This document shows positions 46,894 through 57,978 of a DNA stretch of 64,000 nucleotides, piece by piece. The DNA is from Candidatus Latescibacterota bacterium (GTDB lineage: Bacteria; Latescibacterota; UBA2968; UBA8231), in assembly GCA_965217585.1 (NCBI GenBank), contig OZ244561.1, positions 320,001-384,000 on the forward strand. The letters are read 5' to 3'. The notes under the pieces are model-generated. The model searched no databases. It was not told the origin of the DNA and saw only the letters and a list, made by a program, of their open reading frames with translations. Within the stretch, counting starts at the first letter, position 1, and each line of letters opens with the position of its first letter. A program made the translations under genes and the position numbers.

Positions 46894-48776
46894 CCCTCCG
46901 CTCCCTCGGCATCGGCTTGCTGCTGGCCTTTGGGGTCGGCGCGGTGGTTCCCTTCCTCGGCCTCTACGTGCAAGGCTCGAATTCCGGGTCGTACTTCACC
47001 AGTCAGATCGCCCACCTCCTCCTCTTCCTACTCATTTTGGTCGTCAACGCAAGCCTCGGCTCCATCCGCCGGTCTTGGGTCCTCCAGCGCGGCGAGTTGG
47101 TCGTCATTTTTATTATGACCAGCTTGGCCAACTCGGTCCCCGGGCTGCTCAGCTACTGGGTGCCGCTGGCGTCGAGTCCATTTTACTATGCCAGCCCCGA
47201 GAACAACTGGGGCGAACTGATCCTGCCCTATATCCCCTCCTGGCTGGTGCCCCACGACCTAGAGGCCATTCGCGCTTTCTTTGAGGGCAATGAAGGGCAG
47301 TCGAGCGCGATCCCCTGGCTGGTGTGGCTCACACCGCTGTTGAGCTGGTTGCCGCTGGTCGTCGCGCTGCACGTGGCCACCTTGTGCCTGATGGTCGTCG
47401 TGCGCCGGCACTGGGTCGAAAACGAGCGGCTCGTCTATCCGGTGATGCAGCTCCCCCTCGCCATGGTGCAGGACGACGAACACGGCTCGCTAATCAAGCC
47501 CTTCTTCCGCAACGGAGTCATGTGGATCGGCTTTGCCGTGCCCGTGATCACCGGGACGGTCATCGGCCTGCACGCCTATTTCCCGTTCCTGCCGACGATT
47601 GACCTGTTTGTCCCCTTTCCGCTCTTCAGCTCCCGCCTGAGCTTCGCCACCTTGGGCTTCTTCTTTTTGATCCAGCGCGAAGTGACCTTTGGCCTGTGGC
47701 TGTTCACCTTGCTCAACAACCTGCAAGAGACCATCTACCGCTCCATCGGCTGGGGCATCGAACAGGAGCCGGCCGTCAGCGTGTGGAGCTACGGCCTGCC
47801 CAGCTTGGTCCACCAAGGCATGGGCGCGATGGTCGTCCTCGTGTTGGGCGGGCTGTGGGTCGGGCGCGAACACATCGGCAACGTCTTCCGCAAGGCCCTG
47901 CGCGGCGCGCCGGACATCGACGACAGCGACGAGATCCTCTCGTATCGGAGCGCGGTCTTGGGCCTCACCGGCAGCGTGGGGGTCATGGCCGGCTGGCTAT
48001 GGCTCCTCGGCATCCCACTGCTGGGCATCGCAACCCTCTTGTTCTTCATGTTCATAGTGTACATGGCCCTCACGCGAGTGGTGGCCGAGGGCGGCGTGGC
48101 GGTCATCTACGCCCCGCTGGTGGCTCCGGACGCGGCCGTCTCGGCCATCGGTACCTCCTTCTTCGGGGTCGGCTTGGTCGGGCTAGCCTTCACGCGGGTC
48201 TTTGCCAACGATCTGCTCAATTTCGCCATGCCCCACGTGGCCAACAGCCTGAAGCTGAGCGGGCAAATCGAGGGGCGGCGGCGCTACCTGTTCTGGGGTA
48301 TGCTGCTGGCCCTGTTGGCGGGCCTTGGCGGCGCGCTGTGGATGCTGATGCACCTCGCCTACACGTACGGGGCGATCAACTTGCGGCCACCCAATTTTAT
48401 CTGGCTGCCCAACTACGTGTACGACTATACGGCCACACAGATGGGCAGTCCCTCGCCGCCCAACTGGCTGGGGTGGTTCCACACCGGCGTTGGCGGCGGG
48501 GTGATGGGGCTGTTGATGCTGGCGCGCCGCTACTGGATCTGGTGGCCCTTGCATCCGATTGGCTTCCCCATCAGCTCGACCTTTCACTGGATGGCCTTCA
48601 ACGCCTTTTTGGCCTGGCTCATCAAGGGGCCGATCCTGCACTACGGCGGCGTCCATCTCTACCGCCAAGTGCGGCCGTTCTTTTTGGGGATGATCCTCGG
48701 GCACTTTGCGATCTTCGGCATCTTCTGGATCATCGACACCCTCACGGGCATGGTCGGCAACGGTCTATTCGTCTGA
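46890..48776 (+). CDS. DUF6785/DUF6784-type polytopic membrane protein, putative transporter
   Basis: TLRSL start, YYASPENNW, HWVENERLVYP, DDSDEILSYRSAV, WWPLHPIG; paralogue of 1312..3312. Confidence 0.8.
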   Translation: MTLRSLGIGLLLAFGVGAVVPFLGLYVQGSNSGSYFTSQIAHLLLFLLILVVNASLGSIRRSWVLQRGELVVIFIMTSLANSVPGLLSYWVPLASSPFYYASPENNWGELILPYIPSWLVPHDLEAIRAFFEGNEGQSSAIPWLVWLTPLLSWLPLVVALHVATLCLMVVVRRHWVENERLVYPVMQLPLAMVQDDEHGSLIKPFFRNGVMWIGFAVPVITGTVIGLHAYFPFLPTIDLFVPFPLFSSRLSFATLGFFFLIQREVTFGLWLFTLLNNLQETIYRSIGWGIEQEPAVSVWSYGLPSLVHQGMGAMVVLVLGGLWVGREHIGNVFRKALRGAPDIDDSDEILSYRSAVLGLTGSVGVMAGWLWLLGIPLLGIATLLFFMFIVYMALTRVVAEGGVAVIYAPLVAPDAAVSAIGTSFFGVGLVGLAFTRVFANDLLNFAMPHVANSLKLSGQIEGRRRYLFWGMLLALLAGLGGALWMLMHLAYTYGAINLRPPNFIWLPNYVYDYTATQMGSPSPPNWLGWFHTGVGGGVMGLLMLARRYWIWWPLHPIGFPISSTFHWMAFNAFLAWLIKGPILHYGGVHLYRQVRPFFLGMILGHFAIFGIFWIIDTLTGMVGNGLFV

Positions 48777-48782
48777 GGAGCG

Positions 48783-50123
48783 GTGAAGATGCGATGGACA
48801 ATCGGGCTGCTCGTCGCCGGCCTCGCCGGCTGCGCCGAAAATCACAGCACGGCCCAAGCGCACTTGGCCGAGTGCGCGCAGCAGAGCGAGCAAAAGCAGT
48901 ATCTCCAAGCCATCGCCGCCTGCCAACGCGCACTCGCGACAGAGCCAAGCCTTGTGGAGGCGCGGCTGCTCATCGGGGAGCTGCTGCTCAAACACGGCCA
49001 GTTCGACCGCGCCATTGCGCACTATCAGCAGGTCCTCCAAAACCACCCGGAGCACTCCGGTGCCTACGAGGCGCTGGGGGATGTCCATGCGCGGCTGCGG
49101 CGCAACGACGAAGCGGCCGCAGCCTACCAGCAAGCGATGGCCCAAGCGACCGACCAAGCCGCGCTCTACCGCAAGCTAGCCCTCATCTACGGCGACCAAA
49201 ACCGCTATGCGGCCGCGGTGGCCGCGCTGCAACAGGCGCAGACCCTCGCTCCCCAACACGCGCGAACTTACTACAACCTCGGCATGCTCTATCAGCGGCA
49301 GGCCCAGTACGCGGCCGCGCAGACCCAACTAGAACGAGCGGTGGAACTGAATCCGGCTTACGGCGACGCGTACTATCAGCTAGGGCAGATACACAGCCGC
49401 TTGGGCCGCTACGCAGAGGCCGAAGCGAGCCTGCGCGCAGCCATAGAACACCAGAGCGAGTACGCGGCGCAGGCGCTATCCTCCCTCGGGGCGGTTTTGC
49501 TACGCCAAGGGCGCGGGGAAGAGGCCGAAAAGGTGCTGTTGCAAGCGGTGCATGCCGATCCACTTGAACCGGAAGCCCTCCACCGGCTAGGGACGCTCTA
49601 CCGGCAGGGCGCGCGGCCGGAAATGGCGGAAAAGCTGCTGGCGGCCTTTGAGCGCGTGCGGCCGTACAGCGAACAGATCGCGCACTACCGCCACGTGTTG
49701 CAGCGCTATCGAGAAGACGCAGATGCCCACTACAACCTCGGGGTCCTGTACGGACGGCTGGGCTATCCCAAAGCCGCGGCTGAGCAATACCGCCGCGCCC
49801 TCGCCATCAATCCAGCCGACTTGGGTGCGCGCAACAACCTCGCCAACAACTTGTTGCACCGCGGACAAGCCGAGGCAGCCATTGGCGAATACGAGCGAGT
49901 CTTGACCCTGTCACCACGCAACGCCAGAGCGTACAACAACCTCGGCACGGCCTATATGGAACTGGGTAATTTGGAGCTGGCCACGCAGATTTTGCACAAG
50001 GCCGCGCGCGTGGATTCGGCTTATGCGGATCCCCACTACAACCTGAGTCAGATTTACTTCATGCAGGGGCGTCGAGCCGAGGGCGAGACCGAGTTGGCAA
50101 TCTACGAGAGCCTGCGCCCCTAG
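48783..50123 (+). CDS. TPR-repeat lipoprotein
   Basis: Lipobox LAGC; many 34-aa AxYNLG..Y...G...A repeats. Confidence 0.9.
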   Translation: MKMRWTIGLLVAGLAGCAENHSTAQAHLAECAQQSEQKQYLQAIAACQRALATEPSLVEARLLIGELLLKHGQFDRAIAHYQQVLQNHPEHSGAYEALGDVHARLRRNDEAAAAYQQAMAQATDQAALYRKLALIYGDQNRYAAAVAALQQAQTLAPQHARTYYNLGMLYQRQAQYAAAQTQLERAVELNPAYGDAYYQLGQIHSRLGRYAEAEASLRAAIEHQSEYAAQALSSLGAVLLRQGRGEEAEKVLLQAVHADPLEPEALHRLGTLYRQGARPEMAEKLLAAFERVRPYSEQIAHYRHVLQRYREDADAHYNLGVLYGRLGYPKAAAEQYRRALAINPADLGARNNLANNLLHRGQAEAAIGEYERVLTLSPRNARAYNNLGTAYMELGNLELATQILHKAARVDSAYADPHYNLSQIYFMQGRRAEGETELAIYESLRP

Positions 50124-50875
50124 GGCATCGTCACTGAGCGCGGAGTCTTGGCCATGTAGAGCGCACGGTCGAAGCGATAGGCAATATCCACGGTCTCGAT
50201 CGGCTCGTTGCGGTAGTCAAAGCGCAAGCTCACGTCCTCGATCCGCACCTCCAACGCGGCCACGTCGTGGTGCAGGGGCGGAAACGCAATGTACCCGCTG
50301 TACTCCTGGCCGCTAAACACGTATTCCTCGCGCTTGTACAAAGTTCTCTGTAGGATGTCCACGCGCTCTTGATACGAGAGATAGAGGTTGCCGGCGTTGG
50401 CCCACGAGTACGGCAAGTAGTATTCGACCATAGCCGCAAACTGCAGCGAGTTATAGGTGCGTCCGTTGTCGGCGACCAAGGAGATATTGGCCGGGTCCAT
50501 CAGCACCTTGGGGAACTCGTAGTTTTTGACCGTCAGGTTAAAAACCTCAAAGCGCTTGGTCGCCCAATCCTGCTCGGGCGGGGTCCAATCCCCATAGGTG
50601 TACGGGTTGAGGTTGCTCGCGTAGGGATTTTGGTAAAATCCTTCCTTGGCAGACGAGTAGGCCGCCAGTTGGCGATTGAGGAATTCGTCGCTCAAGGGGC
50701 GTAGCTCAATCTCCAAGCGACCCTGCGAAAAGGTGATGCTGCGGTCGTCGCCCACGGCGAATTGCTCGCTGTGCTGCTCAGGTCTGGGCAGGATCGGCCC
50801 GGCGAAATGCCGCAGGCCAAACTGGGCACAGCCGGCAAGCGCGACGAGCGCGAATACGAGGCTAGCTTTCTGCAT
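50120..50875 (-). CDS. Uncharacterised lipoprotein
   Basis: Lipobox LAGC; beta-rich body; last gene of the 59904-to-50120 operon. Confidence 0.75.
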   Translation of the reverse strand: MQKASLVFALVALAGCAQFGLRHFAGPILPRPEQHSEQFAVGDDRSITFSQGRLEIELRPLSDEFLNRQLAAYSSAKEGFYQNPYASNLNPYTYGDWTPPEQDWATKRFEVFNLTVKNYEFPKVLMDPANISLVADNGRTYNSLQFAAMVEYYLPYSWANAGNLYLSYQERVDILQRTLYKREEYVFSGQEYSGYIAFPPLHHDVAALEVRIEDVSLRFDYRNEPIETVDIAYRFDRALYMAKTPRSVTMP

Positions 50876-50888
50876 CAGATCCCTCCCC

Positions 50889-53525
50889 TTACAGCTCGCC
50901 GGTGGCGGCGAAGACCCGCATGAAGGCGATGGTTTCCATCAGGGGGTCATCCGCGTCCTTGAACTGCTTGCGTTCGCGTTTGAACCCGGCGTTGAGGGTG
51001 ATGTTGTAGCCTATATAGGCCGAGGTGTTGGAGACCAAAACGGCCCAGACGAAGTTGTCGAAGTCGCCTTCCTCGCCGGCCTGCACAGTCTCTTTGGCGT
51101 TGTCGAACTTGCTAAACTCAACCCCGAAATCCACCCACGTCCTGTCCAACAGACTGTAGCGGGCGAGCAGGAAGACAGTCCCCTCGTGGTCCCGCGACGA
51201 CCGCAGATCGAGGTCTGAGTGCCCACGGTTGCGGAAGGTGCTCTTGAACTTGGGCGACAAGGTCAGGGCGGCGCTGAGCGGATACTGGTAGTCGAACTTG
51301 TTGATCACTCCCAAGAAAGAGCGGTCGGCCTTGAGTTCGGCTTGCTTGCCCTGCTGGAAGTAGCGCTCGTACTTCAGCTTGGAGGTGAAGTGAAAACGGG
51401 CGATGGCGTTGTATTTTACAGAGGCGTAGAAGCTGTTGATGAAGGTGTCCTGCGCGTCGAGGGGGTCGTTGAAGGGCACCATGCCGTCCGGGTCGGTCCA
51501 GACGATCCGGTCGTCAAAGATAGTGTCCCGCACCTGCTTGCCGAGCTCAAAGACGGCGATTTGCAGCCCGGGATAATCCCACTCCGAGGTCAGCAGCGCG
51601 TAGGTCGCGTGATTCTCGCGGCCGCTGCTGATTTGGCGCTGCCGCAAGCGCCCGACCGTCAGGTTGGTGCCCTCGCGAAAGGCCACGCCACCGTACACAT
51701 TGTAGCCCGAGCGGTCGCGCTCATAGGGCAGGTCGGCTTGTAGGTCGTCCTCAAAGCGGTCGACGATGGTGTTGTTGTTCACGTCCATGCCGAAGAGAAA
51801 CTCCGGCGAATCGACCCGGTAGCGCAAAAACGCCTCGGCGTAGTCGGGCTTGTCGTTCTTGTTTTGGTTGAAGTCCGGGATGAAGTCGTTGTTCTCATCG
51901 AGCCCGGGAAAGACCTCGCGGTCGCCGCCGGAAGTCGAAGCCAATTCGGCGAACAGCACGTTAGCCCCGCCTTGGTCCGAGCGCAGCCAGTCCGGGGTCT
52001 GGTCTTGATCGTCGTTGTCATCGACGAACTCGAAAAGATAGCGGAAGGGCTGGTCGTAGCTGATGTTGCCAGAGCCATCGGCCATGTACGCGGCCGTGCT
52101 GTACTCTGGATCGAGATAGAAGGTTTCGCCGTAGCCGAAGAATGGGTAGCGGACGTACGAGGCCGTCAGGTAAAAGGCCTCGGAGGTTTTTTCGGTAGCC
52201 GGCAGCTTGCGGAAGTTCTGGTTGGGAAAGCGCTGGAAGCGCCGGTTGATCGCGTATTCGGTGCTGAGGTCAAACCCCTTGATATCTGTGACGTTGAAAT
52301 CCACACCCAAGATCTCGTTGGCCGTCGGCAGCCCGTACTCAAAGCGGAGGAAGTGCTGGTTCGACCCGTCGGTGATGTTGTTCTCGGCGTGGGCCACGGG
52401 CAGAAAGATGGGGCCGCCGAGGCTAGTGACCTGCTTGTTGGACGTTATTTCGACCCGGTAGTCGTTGGCCAAAATCAACTCAAACTCCAGCTTCTCAGCG
52501 TCCCGATACGTCGGGGTAGTCTCGGTCAGCTCGAAGTCGTTGCGAATGTCGTAGGTCAACAAAATCGCGTCCGTCCCCTTGGCCTTGAGGACCCCGTCCT
52601 CTTGCACGCCGCCCTCCACGAGGGGGACGATCTTGTTCTGCACCTCCCCGTCGATCAGGATGCGCTCGAGAAAGAGCACGGCCCCTTCTTCCGGCGATTC
52701 GGGCGAGTCATCCGAGATGCGGATGACCACTTCTTCTACATTGCCCTGGTTCTGCGGGCGAGTCAGGACGCCCTTGAGCGAGTTGTCGTCCAAGCTCAGC
52801 TCGGAATCAGCGTGGTGCGCGCTGACCCAAGTGATTCCCACCTTGCCGAAGTCGCCCACTTGCGCCACGCCCCGGCCCCCGAGGACCCGGGTGGAGTTCA
52901 GGGCCGTGTTGGCGCTGGAGAGCTGAGTTCTGGCGAGGCTGCCCGGGGCGCTGACCCGCGACCCCAAGAAGGTCGCGGCGTACTTGTCGGACAGGAAGTC
53001 CCACTGAATGCCGTTAAAGGCGGGCTTGGAAAAGGTCATCGGCGTCAAGGTCGTGCGGATTGCGTCGCCGATGGTGACGGCCGTGTGGAATTGCCCTTTG
53101 CTCGCCGAAGAGACGATGAGGTTGCTAAACCAAGAATTGAAGCGCGGGCTCTTAAAGAGCGAAGAGCCAAAGGAGCGCGGATTGGTCTCGGTCCAGTCGT
53201 AGATCTCCCAGCCGCGCGCGATGTAGTTGCCCAACGGGTCGTAGAGGCGCTCGCCGTTGAGCAGGGTCCCGACGTAGCGCTGGTAGGCTTCGCGGGCGTA
53301 GTTGCTGTACTCCCAGCCGCGCCAGCGGTACTCGTAGTACAAATTCTGCGGCAGGTACCACTTGCGAATCGCCGGGGCCAAGGCCCCGGGGTGGATGCGA
53401 GCGCCGACGATCCCAGGTTCGGAAATCTCGCGGTAGGGATTCGGCAATTGGGCCTCTGCCGCTGTCCCACAGGCCGCACTGACCACGAGCAGCCATGCGA
53501 TTCGCTCCAGTCCCTTCTTGCGCAT
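50889..53525 (-). CDS. Large secreted or outer-membrane protein, putative beta-barrel with acidic Ca-binding-like loops
   Basis: Signal peptide; alternating aromatic/hydrophobic strands in the C-terminal third; DDNDDQD, GLDENNDFIPD and MDVNNN motifs. Confidence 0.6.
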   Translation of the reverse strand: MRKKGLERIAWLLVVSAACGTAAEAQLPNPYREISEPGIVGARIHPGALAPAIRKWYLPQNLYYEYRWRGWEYSNYAREAYQRYVGTLLNGERLYDPLGNYIARGWEIYDWTETNPRSFGSSLFKSPRFNSWFSNLIVSSASKGQFHTAVTIGDAIRTTLTPMTFSKPAFNGIQWDFLSDKYAATFLGSRVSAPGSLARTQLSSANTALNSTRVLGGRGVAQVGDFGKVGITWVSAHHADSELSLDDNSLKGVLTRPQNQGNVEEVVIRISDDSPESPEEGAVLFLERILIDGEVQNKIVPLVEGGVQEDGVLKAKGTDAILLTYDIRNDFELTETTPTYRDAEKLEFELILANDYRVEITSNKQVTSLGGPIFLPVAHAENNITDGSNQHFLRFEYGLPTANEILGVDFNVTDIKGFDLSTEYAINRRFQRFPNQNFRKLPATEKTSEAFYLTASYVRYPFFGYGETFYLDPEYSTAAYMADGSGNISYDQPFRYLFEFVDDNDDQDQTPDWLRSDQGGANVLFAELASTSGGDREVFPGLDENNDFIPDFNQNKNDKPDYAEAFLRYRVDSPEFLFGMDVNNNTIVDRFEDDLQADLPYERDRSGYNVYGGVAFREGTNLTVGRLRQRQISSGRENHATYALLTSEWDYPGLQIAVFELGKQVRDTIFDDRIVWTDPDGMVPFNDPLDAQDTFINSFYASVKYNAIARFHFTSKLKYERYFQQGKQAELKADRSFLGVINKFDYQYPLSAALTLSPKFKSTFRNRGHSDLDLRSSRDHEGTVFLLARYSLLDRTWVDFGVEFSKFDNAKETVQAGEEGDFDNFVWAVLVSNTSAYIGYNITLNAGFKRERKQFKDADDPLMETIAFMRVFAATGEL

Positions 53526-53548
53526 CTTAATCCCTCTCGATTGGGCAC

Positions 53549-55870
53549 TCAGTAGGCGAGGCCGATGGTCCGGGTGATTTGCTGTTCATCGGACTGGGTT
53601 TGCAGGCGAATTCGGCACAGGTACAGCCCGGGGGCTGCCCGGCCCTGTGCGCCATCCGCGCCCGACCAAGTATAGACGTAGTAACCATCCGGCCCGCGGT
53701 CGCCCGCCAACTTTTGCACCAACCGCCCGTCCAAACTATACAGGGCGACCTCGGGCACCGCATCCACATTGAGGACCTGAAAGCGGATCTGCGCTTGGTC
53801 GCCGATCTCGTCCCCGTTGGGGGTGGCGATCCGGGGGTGGATCGAGACATTGTCGAGCAAGCGATCCGGGACGGCGGGAAAAAATACATGGGTCGCCCGG
53901 GGGGTGTGCGCCGCTGGGTTCACTTCCTGCCAGAGGCCCGGACGCGCCGCTTCGCCGATGAACGCATTGAAGCGCGTGGGGTTGCGGTCTATCTGCGTGC
54001 GCAACCGCACCGCCACAGTGTCCGCGGGCTGCTCTATGGCTTGGGGAAGCTGAATCACCAACGAGTCGCTGGTAATGAGTTCGATTTGCGCCGCAACCTC
54101 CGCGCCACCCACTGTAACTTGCAGTTCGTCGGCATGAGACGGGGTGGTAAAGAGGAGCCGATCAAAGCGAGCCGGATCCGCGAAGTCGCCCCATATCTTG
54201 TAGGTAAAGGTCTCGGGCTTCCCCGGCTGGGCCGTCTTGGGGTGAATTTCGCCCTCGGCTCCGCGCAGTACGGCGTCGGTGAAGTTCACGTCCAGCCGAC
54301 GCATAGTTGGCGCAACTTCGGGCCGGTCGGAGCGCAGGGTCAGCTTGATTTGCAAGAATCGCCGCGGGCTGGGCGAGAGGAACTGGCCCAGCTCTCGGTA
54401 GGGCGCGCTCCACGGGCTCCAGTCGGCACCGGCGACGACGAGGGTATCCGTATCGCCGCGCAGGAACTTGTTGAGGTCCTCGTACTCGGCCTTACCTGCC
54501 AGCGGCGACCCATCCAATTTGTAGTAGAGGACCTCTTCGGTCAGCTCGTACCCGGTGCGGGTGACGACCTCTACTTGGGTGCCTTCCGGCGTGGCGGCGT
54601 CCCAGAAGATGCCTTGGATCTGCTTTGCGCGTAGGTCGCCAGCAAAAGCGCCGAGGTCAATGAAGTCGGATTCTAGCTCCACTTCGGCGAAATGCCCGGT
54701 GGGGACGACCATGAGTTCGGCCATGTCCCCGTTTGCACCCACGTAAATGGCGGCGAGATAGCGAATCGCCTGGGGCTTGGCCATGATGTACTGGAAGTCG
54801 ATGTCGGAAGACCGGTCGTTGTCGTCGTATAGCTGGTCGAAATCGAGGTCGCCCGTCAGGGTCAGGCTGCCGTCTGAAGCCAAGAGCCGATGGTCGTTGA
54901 CGCGGGCATACGACACCCCATATCCCGAGTCGGCCAAGCCCGTGGTGTTGGCACCGATCTGGAGAATGCGCTTGACCCACACGAAGGTACCCATGTCCAA
55001 GATCCACACCGTTGGGTCCTCCGCGTCGCCGTGTACGGCCCAAGAGCTATTAAAATCGCCGTCAATCAGGTCTGTGCCACGGCCCGTCTTGTCGAGGAGG
55101 CTGCCGCCGCGCGCGAGCGAACCCAAGGCCACATTGCTGCCAAAGGTATAGGCTTCCAATTCGGCCAAGGCCGCGTTCTCGCTCTTGCTGTCTATCTTGA
55201 TCCGAATGTATTGCAGCGTGCGGTAGGTCGGGTCGAATACTTGGGTATCAGCTGCGTCTTGGAACAGAACCCGAGTGCTGATGTCGGGCAGGGGCGCGAG
55301 GTCGTATTCGACCGTGGTTTGGTCGTTAAAGCGGGTGGTGCCCCCGAGGGTTTCGTAGTAGAAGAGGTTGGCCTGAAAGGAACGCCGCTGCCCGTCCGAG
55401 CCCATGACGCGAAACTCCCTGAGCGGCCGGCCACCTGCGGCGTCTGGAAATACCAAGCGGATGCGGGTGACCGGGACGGCGCGGCCCAAGTCGAGCTCGA
55501 TCCACCAATCGTCCAAGTCCGCGGCCGGGTCGGGTTTCCAATAGGTCGCCGGGTCCCCGTCGGCGATGTTATCGGCCCTGAATTGGGCACCGGGCGCGGT
55601 TGAGCCGACCCGCCAGATGCCGCCCTGAATCTCCTCGGCGTTGGCCAGCTTGTGGGTGAATTGTCCGGCGTCGAGTGCGGCGTTGATGTCGTTGGCAAAC
55701 TTCGCCGGGACAAAAGAACCATCCGCACTAAATTCAATGGTGCCAGGGGGAATTTTCCACTCTTCCCACTGCGCCTGCTGCTCGACTCGGTACACTTGCG
55801 ACTCTTGGCCTCCAACCGACCCCAAGCCGGCGAGGACGAGGCCGCAAGCATACGTTGCAATGCGTGTCAT
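53549..55870 (-). CDS. Secreted discoidin-like beta-sandwich protein with TPNGD/FlgD-type C-terminal domain (paralogue 3)
   Basis: Signal peptide; DGDPATYW..WIELDLG discoidin motif; WSPWSAP, PRRFLQ; tail ATPNGD...W...PGLYL...LAY. Confidence 0.75.
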   Translation of the reverse strand: MTRIATYACGLVLAGLGSVGGQESQVYRVEQQAQWEEWKIPPGTIEFSADGSFVPAKFANDINAALDAGQFTHKLANAEEIQGGIWRVGSTAPGAQFRADNIADGDPATYWKPDPAADLDDWWIELDLGRAVPVTRIRLVFPDAAGGRPLREFRVMGSDGQRRSFQANLFYYETLGGTTRFNDQTTVEYDLAPLPDISTRVLFQDAADTQVFDPTYRTLQYIRIKIDSKSENAALAELEAYTFGSNVALGSLARGGSLLDKTGRGTDLIDGDFNSSWAVHGDAEDPTVWILDMGTFVWVKRILQIGANTTGLADSGYGVSYARVNDHRLLASDGSLTLTGDLDFDQLYDDNDRSSDIDFQYIMAKPQAIRYLAAIYVGANGDMAELMVVPTGHFAEVELESDFIDLGAFAGDLRAKQIQGIFWDAATPEGTQVEVVTRTGYELTEEVLYYKLDGSPLAGKAEYEDLNKFLRGDTDTLVVAGADWSPWSAPYRELGQFLSPSPRRFLQIKLTLRSDRPEVAPTMRRLDVNFTDAVLRGAEGEIHPKTAQPGKPETFTYKIWGDFADPARFDRLLFTTPSHADELQVTVGGAEVAAQIELITSDSLVIQLPQAIEQPADTVAVRLRTQIDRNPTRFNAFIGEAARPGLWQEVNPAAHTPRATHVFFPAVPDRLLDNVSIHPRIATPNGDEIGDQAQIRFQVLNVDAVPEVALYSLDGRLVQKLAGDRGPDGYYVYTWSGADGAQGRAAPGLYLCRIRLQTQSDEQQITRTIGLAY

Positions 55871-55881
55871 AGCTCCTCGCT

Positions 55882-57963
55882 TTAGTAGGCCACGGCAATG
55901 GGCACAGTCGTGGCAAACCGACCCCGGCCGCTGTCGATGGCGACCTGACACAAGTACAGGCCCGGTGCTAATAGGCGGCCGCCCTCGTCGCGGACGTCCC
56001 ATTCTATAGGCGGGTTGGTACCCGCTTTCTGATCCGTCGCCAGCAGGCGGCGCACCGGCGCGCCCGCTAGGGTGTAGAAAGCTACCTCCACCTCGGCGTT
56101 GAGCACCCCAAAGAGCGCGTAGCGAATGTGCAGACGGTCGTTGTTGCCATCGCCATTCGGCGTCAGAATCCGGGGCTGGATGTGCAGGTCGCCTATGGAT
56201 TGAGCAATGTCGCTCGTGGCCACGATCTGGAGCTGATCCGTGTGGATGCGGTCGGTGGCATTGCCCGCCTTGACGAACTGGCGCGCATGACTTGCCGCGC
56301 GGTTAAAAACCGCCCCTTGGAGCTGCGCGGAAATCGTATAGAGTGCGGTGCGCAAGCCAATGTGCAGTTCCGCATCCGTTGCAATCGGCTGGGGCAAATG
56401 CAGGGTCAGGCCGGTCTCATCGAACACGACGGCGTCGCGCTCCAGCGCCATGGTCTCTGGGGGGCTGCCAATGGCCAAGCCCAAAAACTCCGGTTGCGAA
56501 GGGGTCTGGACGCGCACGGCGTCAAAGCCTGCACCGGACTGATCGCCAAACTCGGCGCGAATGGCGTAGGTCAGGTCAACCGGCTCGCCAATGGGCACTT
56601 CCATTAGAGAGACCGCGAGAGGGTCATCTACTACGCCCACCTCGCCGACGAGGTCTGGCACGAGCAGGGGCAGCAGCTCTAGGCGCAGCGAATCGAGCCG
56701 CGCGACATCGGTTGGCCGGCGCGATGTCATTTCGACTAGCACCTGAAAGTAGCGACCGTGGTCGAGGCTGAGTGGCGCTCCCGGCGCGCGAACCGGACTC
56801 GACCACGGAGTCCACCGCTCGCGGTCTTCGGCCAAAGGGCCTTGCCAGCCGACGAAGACCGGGTCGTAAGGCCCTTGGCGTTCCTTGAGGGTCCGCCAAG
56901 TGGCGAAGTCCACTTCGTCTAGTTCGCCTTGGTCGTTGTATGTAAAAAACAGGCGCGGATCGTCCGTGCTGCCAGTCTTGATGCGCACCCGCACCTCGGC
57001 GTCGGCGTCTGGAGCTGCGACGAGCGCACCCTCTTGCCAGCGCTGATTTGCGCCCCATTGCCCCCCCTGCCGACGCCACTTGCTGACGGCCATCGACACT
57101 TGGCCCAAGATGGCCGGCTGCCCCAGATCCACGACCTTGGACTCGTAGCGGGACTCCGCGGCAAAACCCCGGCCGTATAGCTCAAACTCAGCATAGGCCA
57201 GCTTGGCAATGGTCAGCACGCCTTCGGCTTGGTCGAAAAAGGGGCCTTGGCCGTTGTCGGGGAAACTCCGCCAGCGCACGTAGCGGAAGTACTGCAAGGG
57301 AAAGGTGATCTCAATAGGCGCGACGAGGTTGCCCTCTATGCGGCCGAGGACCTTGTCCAAGGGGACGTAGCGAGTATTGTACGTGAACTGGCCTTTGTCC
57401 TCCGTGGGGATTTGCTCGCCGAGCAAGGTGGCGGAAAGCTCGCCCTGCCGCGGCACGTAATTTTCCCAAGGTTCCCCAAACAGATCCGTGGCCCCGGACG
57501 GAGGCAGGCGGAGGACGAATCGCTCTAGCGGCAGCGGCGTGCCTGGGTCAATGGTGTAGAATTCGTTGGAGGTTTTATTGCCGCCGGGGCCGAAATTGGT
57601 CACCCACTGGAAGGTGTTGATAGCGCCGTCAACATAGCGTAAAAAGGGCATCATCACTCCGGGATGCCCCAAGTTGCCCAAGCCCCGCCACAACCGGGGC
57701 ATGCCATTGACCCACAGTGGATTGGGCGGGTCGCGCCAGCGTTCAAAGGGGAACTGGGTAAAGATGCTGGGCAAAATATTGACGTCCGGCCGCAATTCCC
57801 GCGGCTGCAATGCACCCGGTACGCGGGCATCGTCGGCGAGGACTTTGAGTTGCGCCCATTCTTCCCAAGATTGACCACCCTGCCCGCCAAAAGCCCACTC
57901 CTGTCCCCGCGCTGGAATCGACCCCACCAGCAAGGACAAGAGTACTATACCCAGAAGCTGCAT
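55882..57963 (-). CDS. Secreted protein with TPNGDG/FlgD-type C-terminal domain (paralogue 2)
   Basis: Signal peptide; YESKVVDLG, KTGSTDDP, WTPWSSP, RYFQ; tail LTPNGDGNND...WD...PGLYL...VAY. Confidence 0.75.
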   Translation of the reverse strand: MQLLGIVLLSLLVGSIPARGQEWAFGGQGGQSWEEWAQLKVLADDARVPGALQPRELRPDVNILPSIFTQFPFERWRDPPNPLWVNGMPRLWRGLGNLGHPGVMMPFLRYVDGAINTFQWVTNFGPGGNKTSNEFYTIDPGTPLPLERFVLRLPPSGATDLFGEPWENYVPRQGELSATLLGEQIPTEDKGQFTYNTRYVPLDKVLGRIEGNLVAPIEITFPLQYFRYVRWRSFPDNGQGPFFDQAEGVLTIAKLAYAEFELYGRGFAAESRYESKVVDLGQPAILGQVSMAVSKWRRQGGQWGANQRWQEGALVAAPDADAEVRVRIKTGSTDDPRLFFTYNDQGELDEVDFATWRTLKERQGPYDPVFVGWQGPLAEDRERWTPWSSPVRAPGAPLSLDHGRYFQVLVEMTSRRPTDVARLDSLRLELLPLLVPDLVGEVGVVDDPLAVSLMEVPIGEPVDLTYAIRAEFGDQSGAGFDAVRVQTPSQPEFLGLAIGSPPETMALERDAVVFDETGLTLHLPQPIATDAELHIGLRTALYTISAQLQGAVFNRAASHARQFVKAGNATDRIHTDQLQIVATSDIAQSIGDLHIQPRILTPNGDGNNDRLHIRYALFGVLNAEVEVAFYTLAGAPVRRLLATDQKAGTNPPIEWDVRDEGGRLLAPGLYLCQVAIDSGRGRFATTVPIAVAY

Positions 57964-57978
57964 GGCATTCGACCTTGG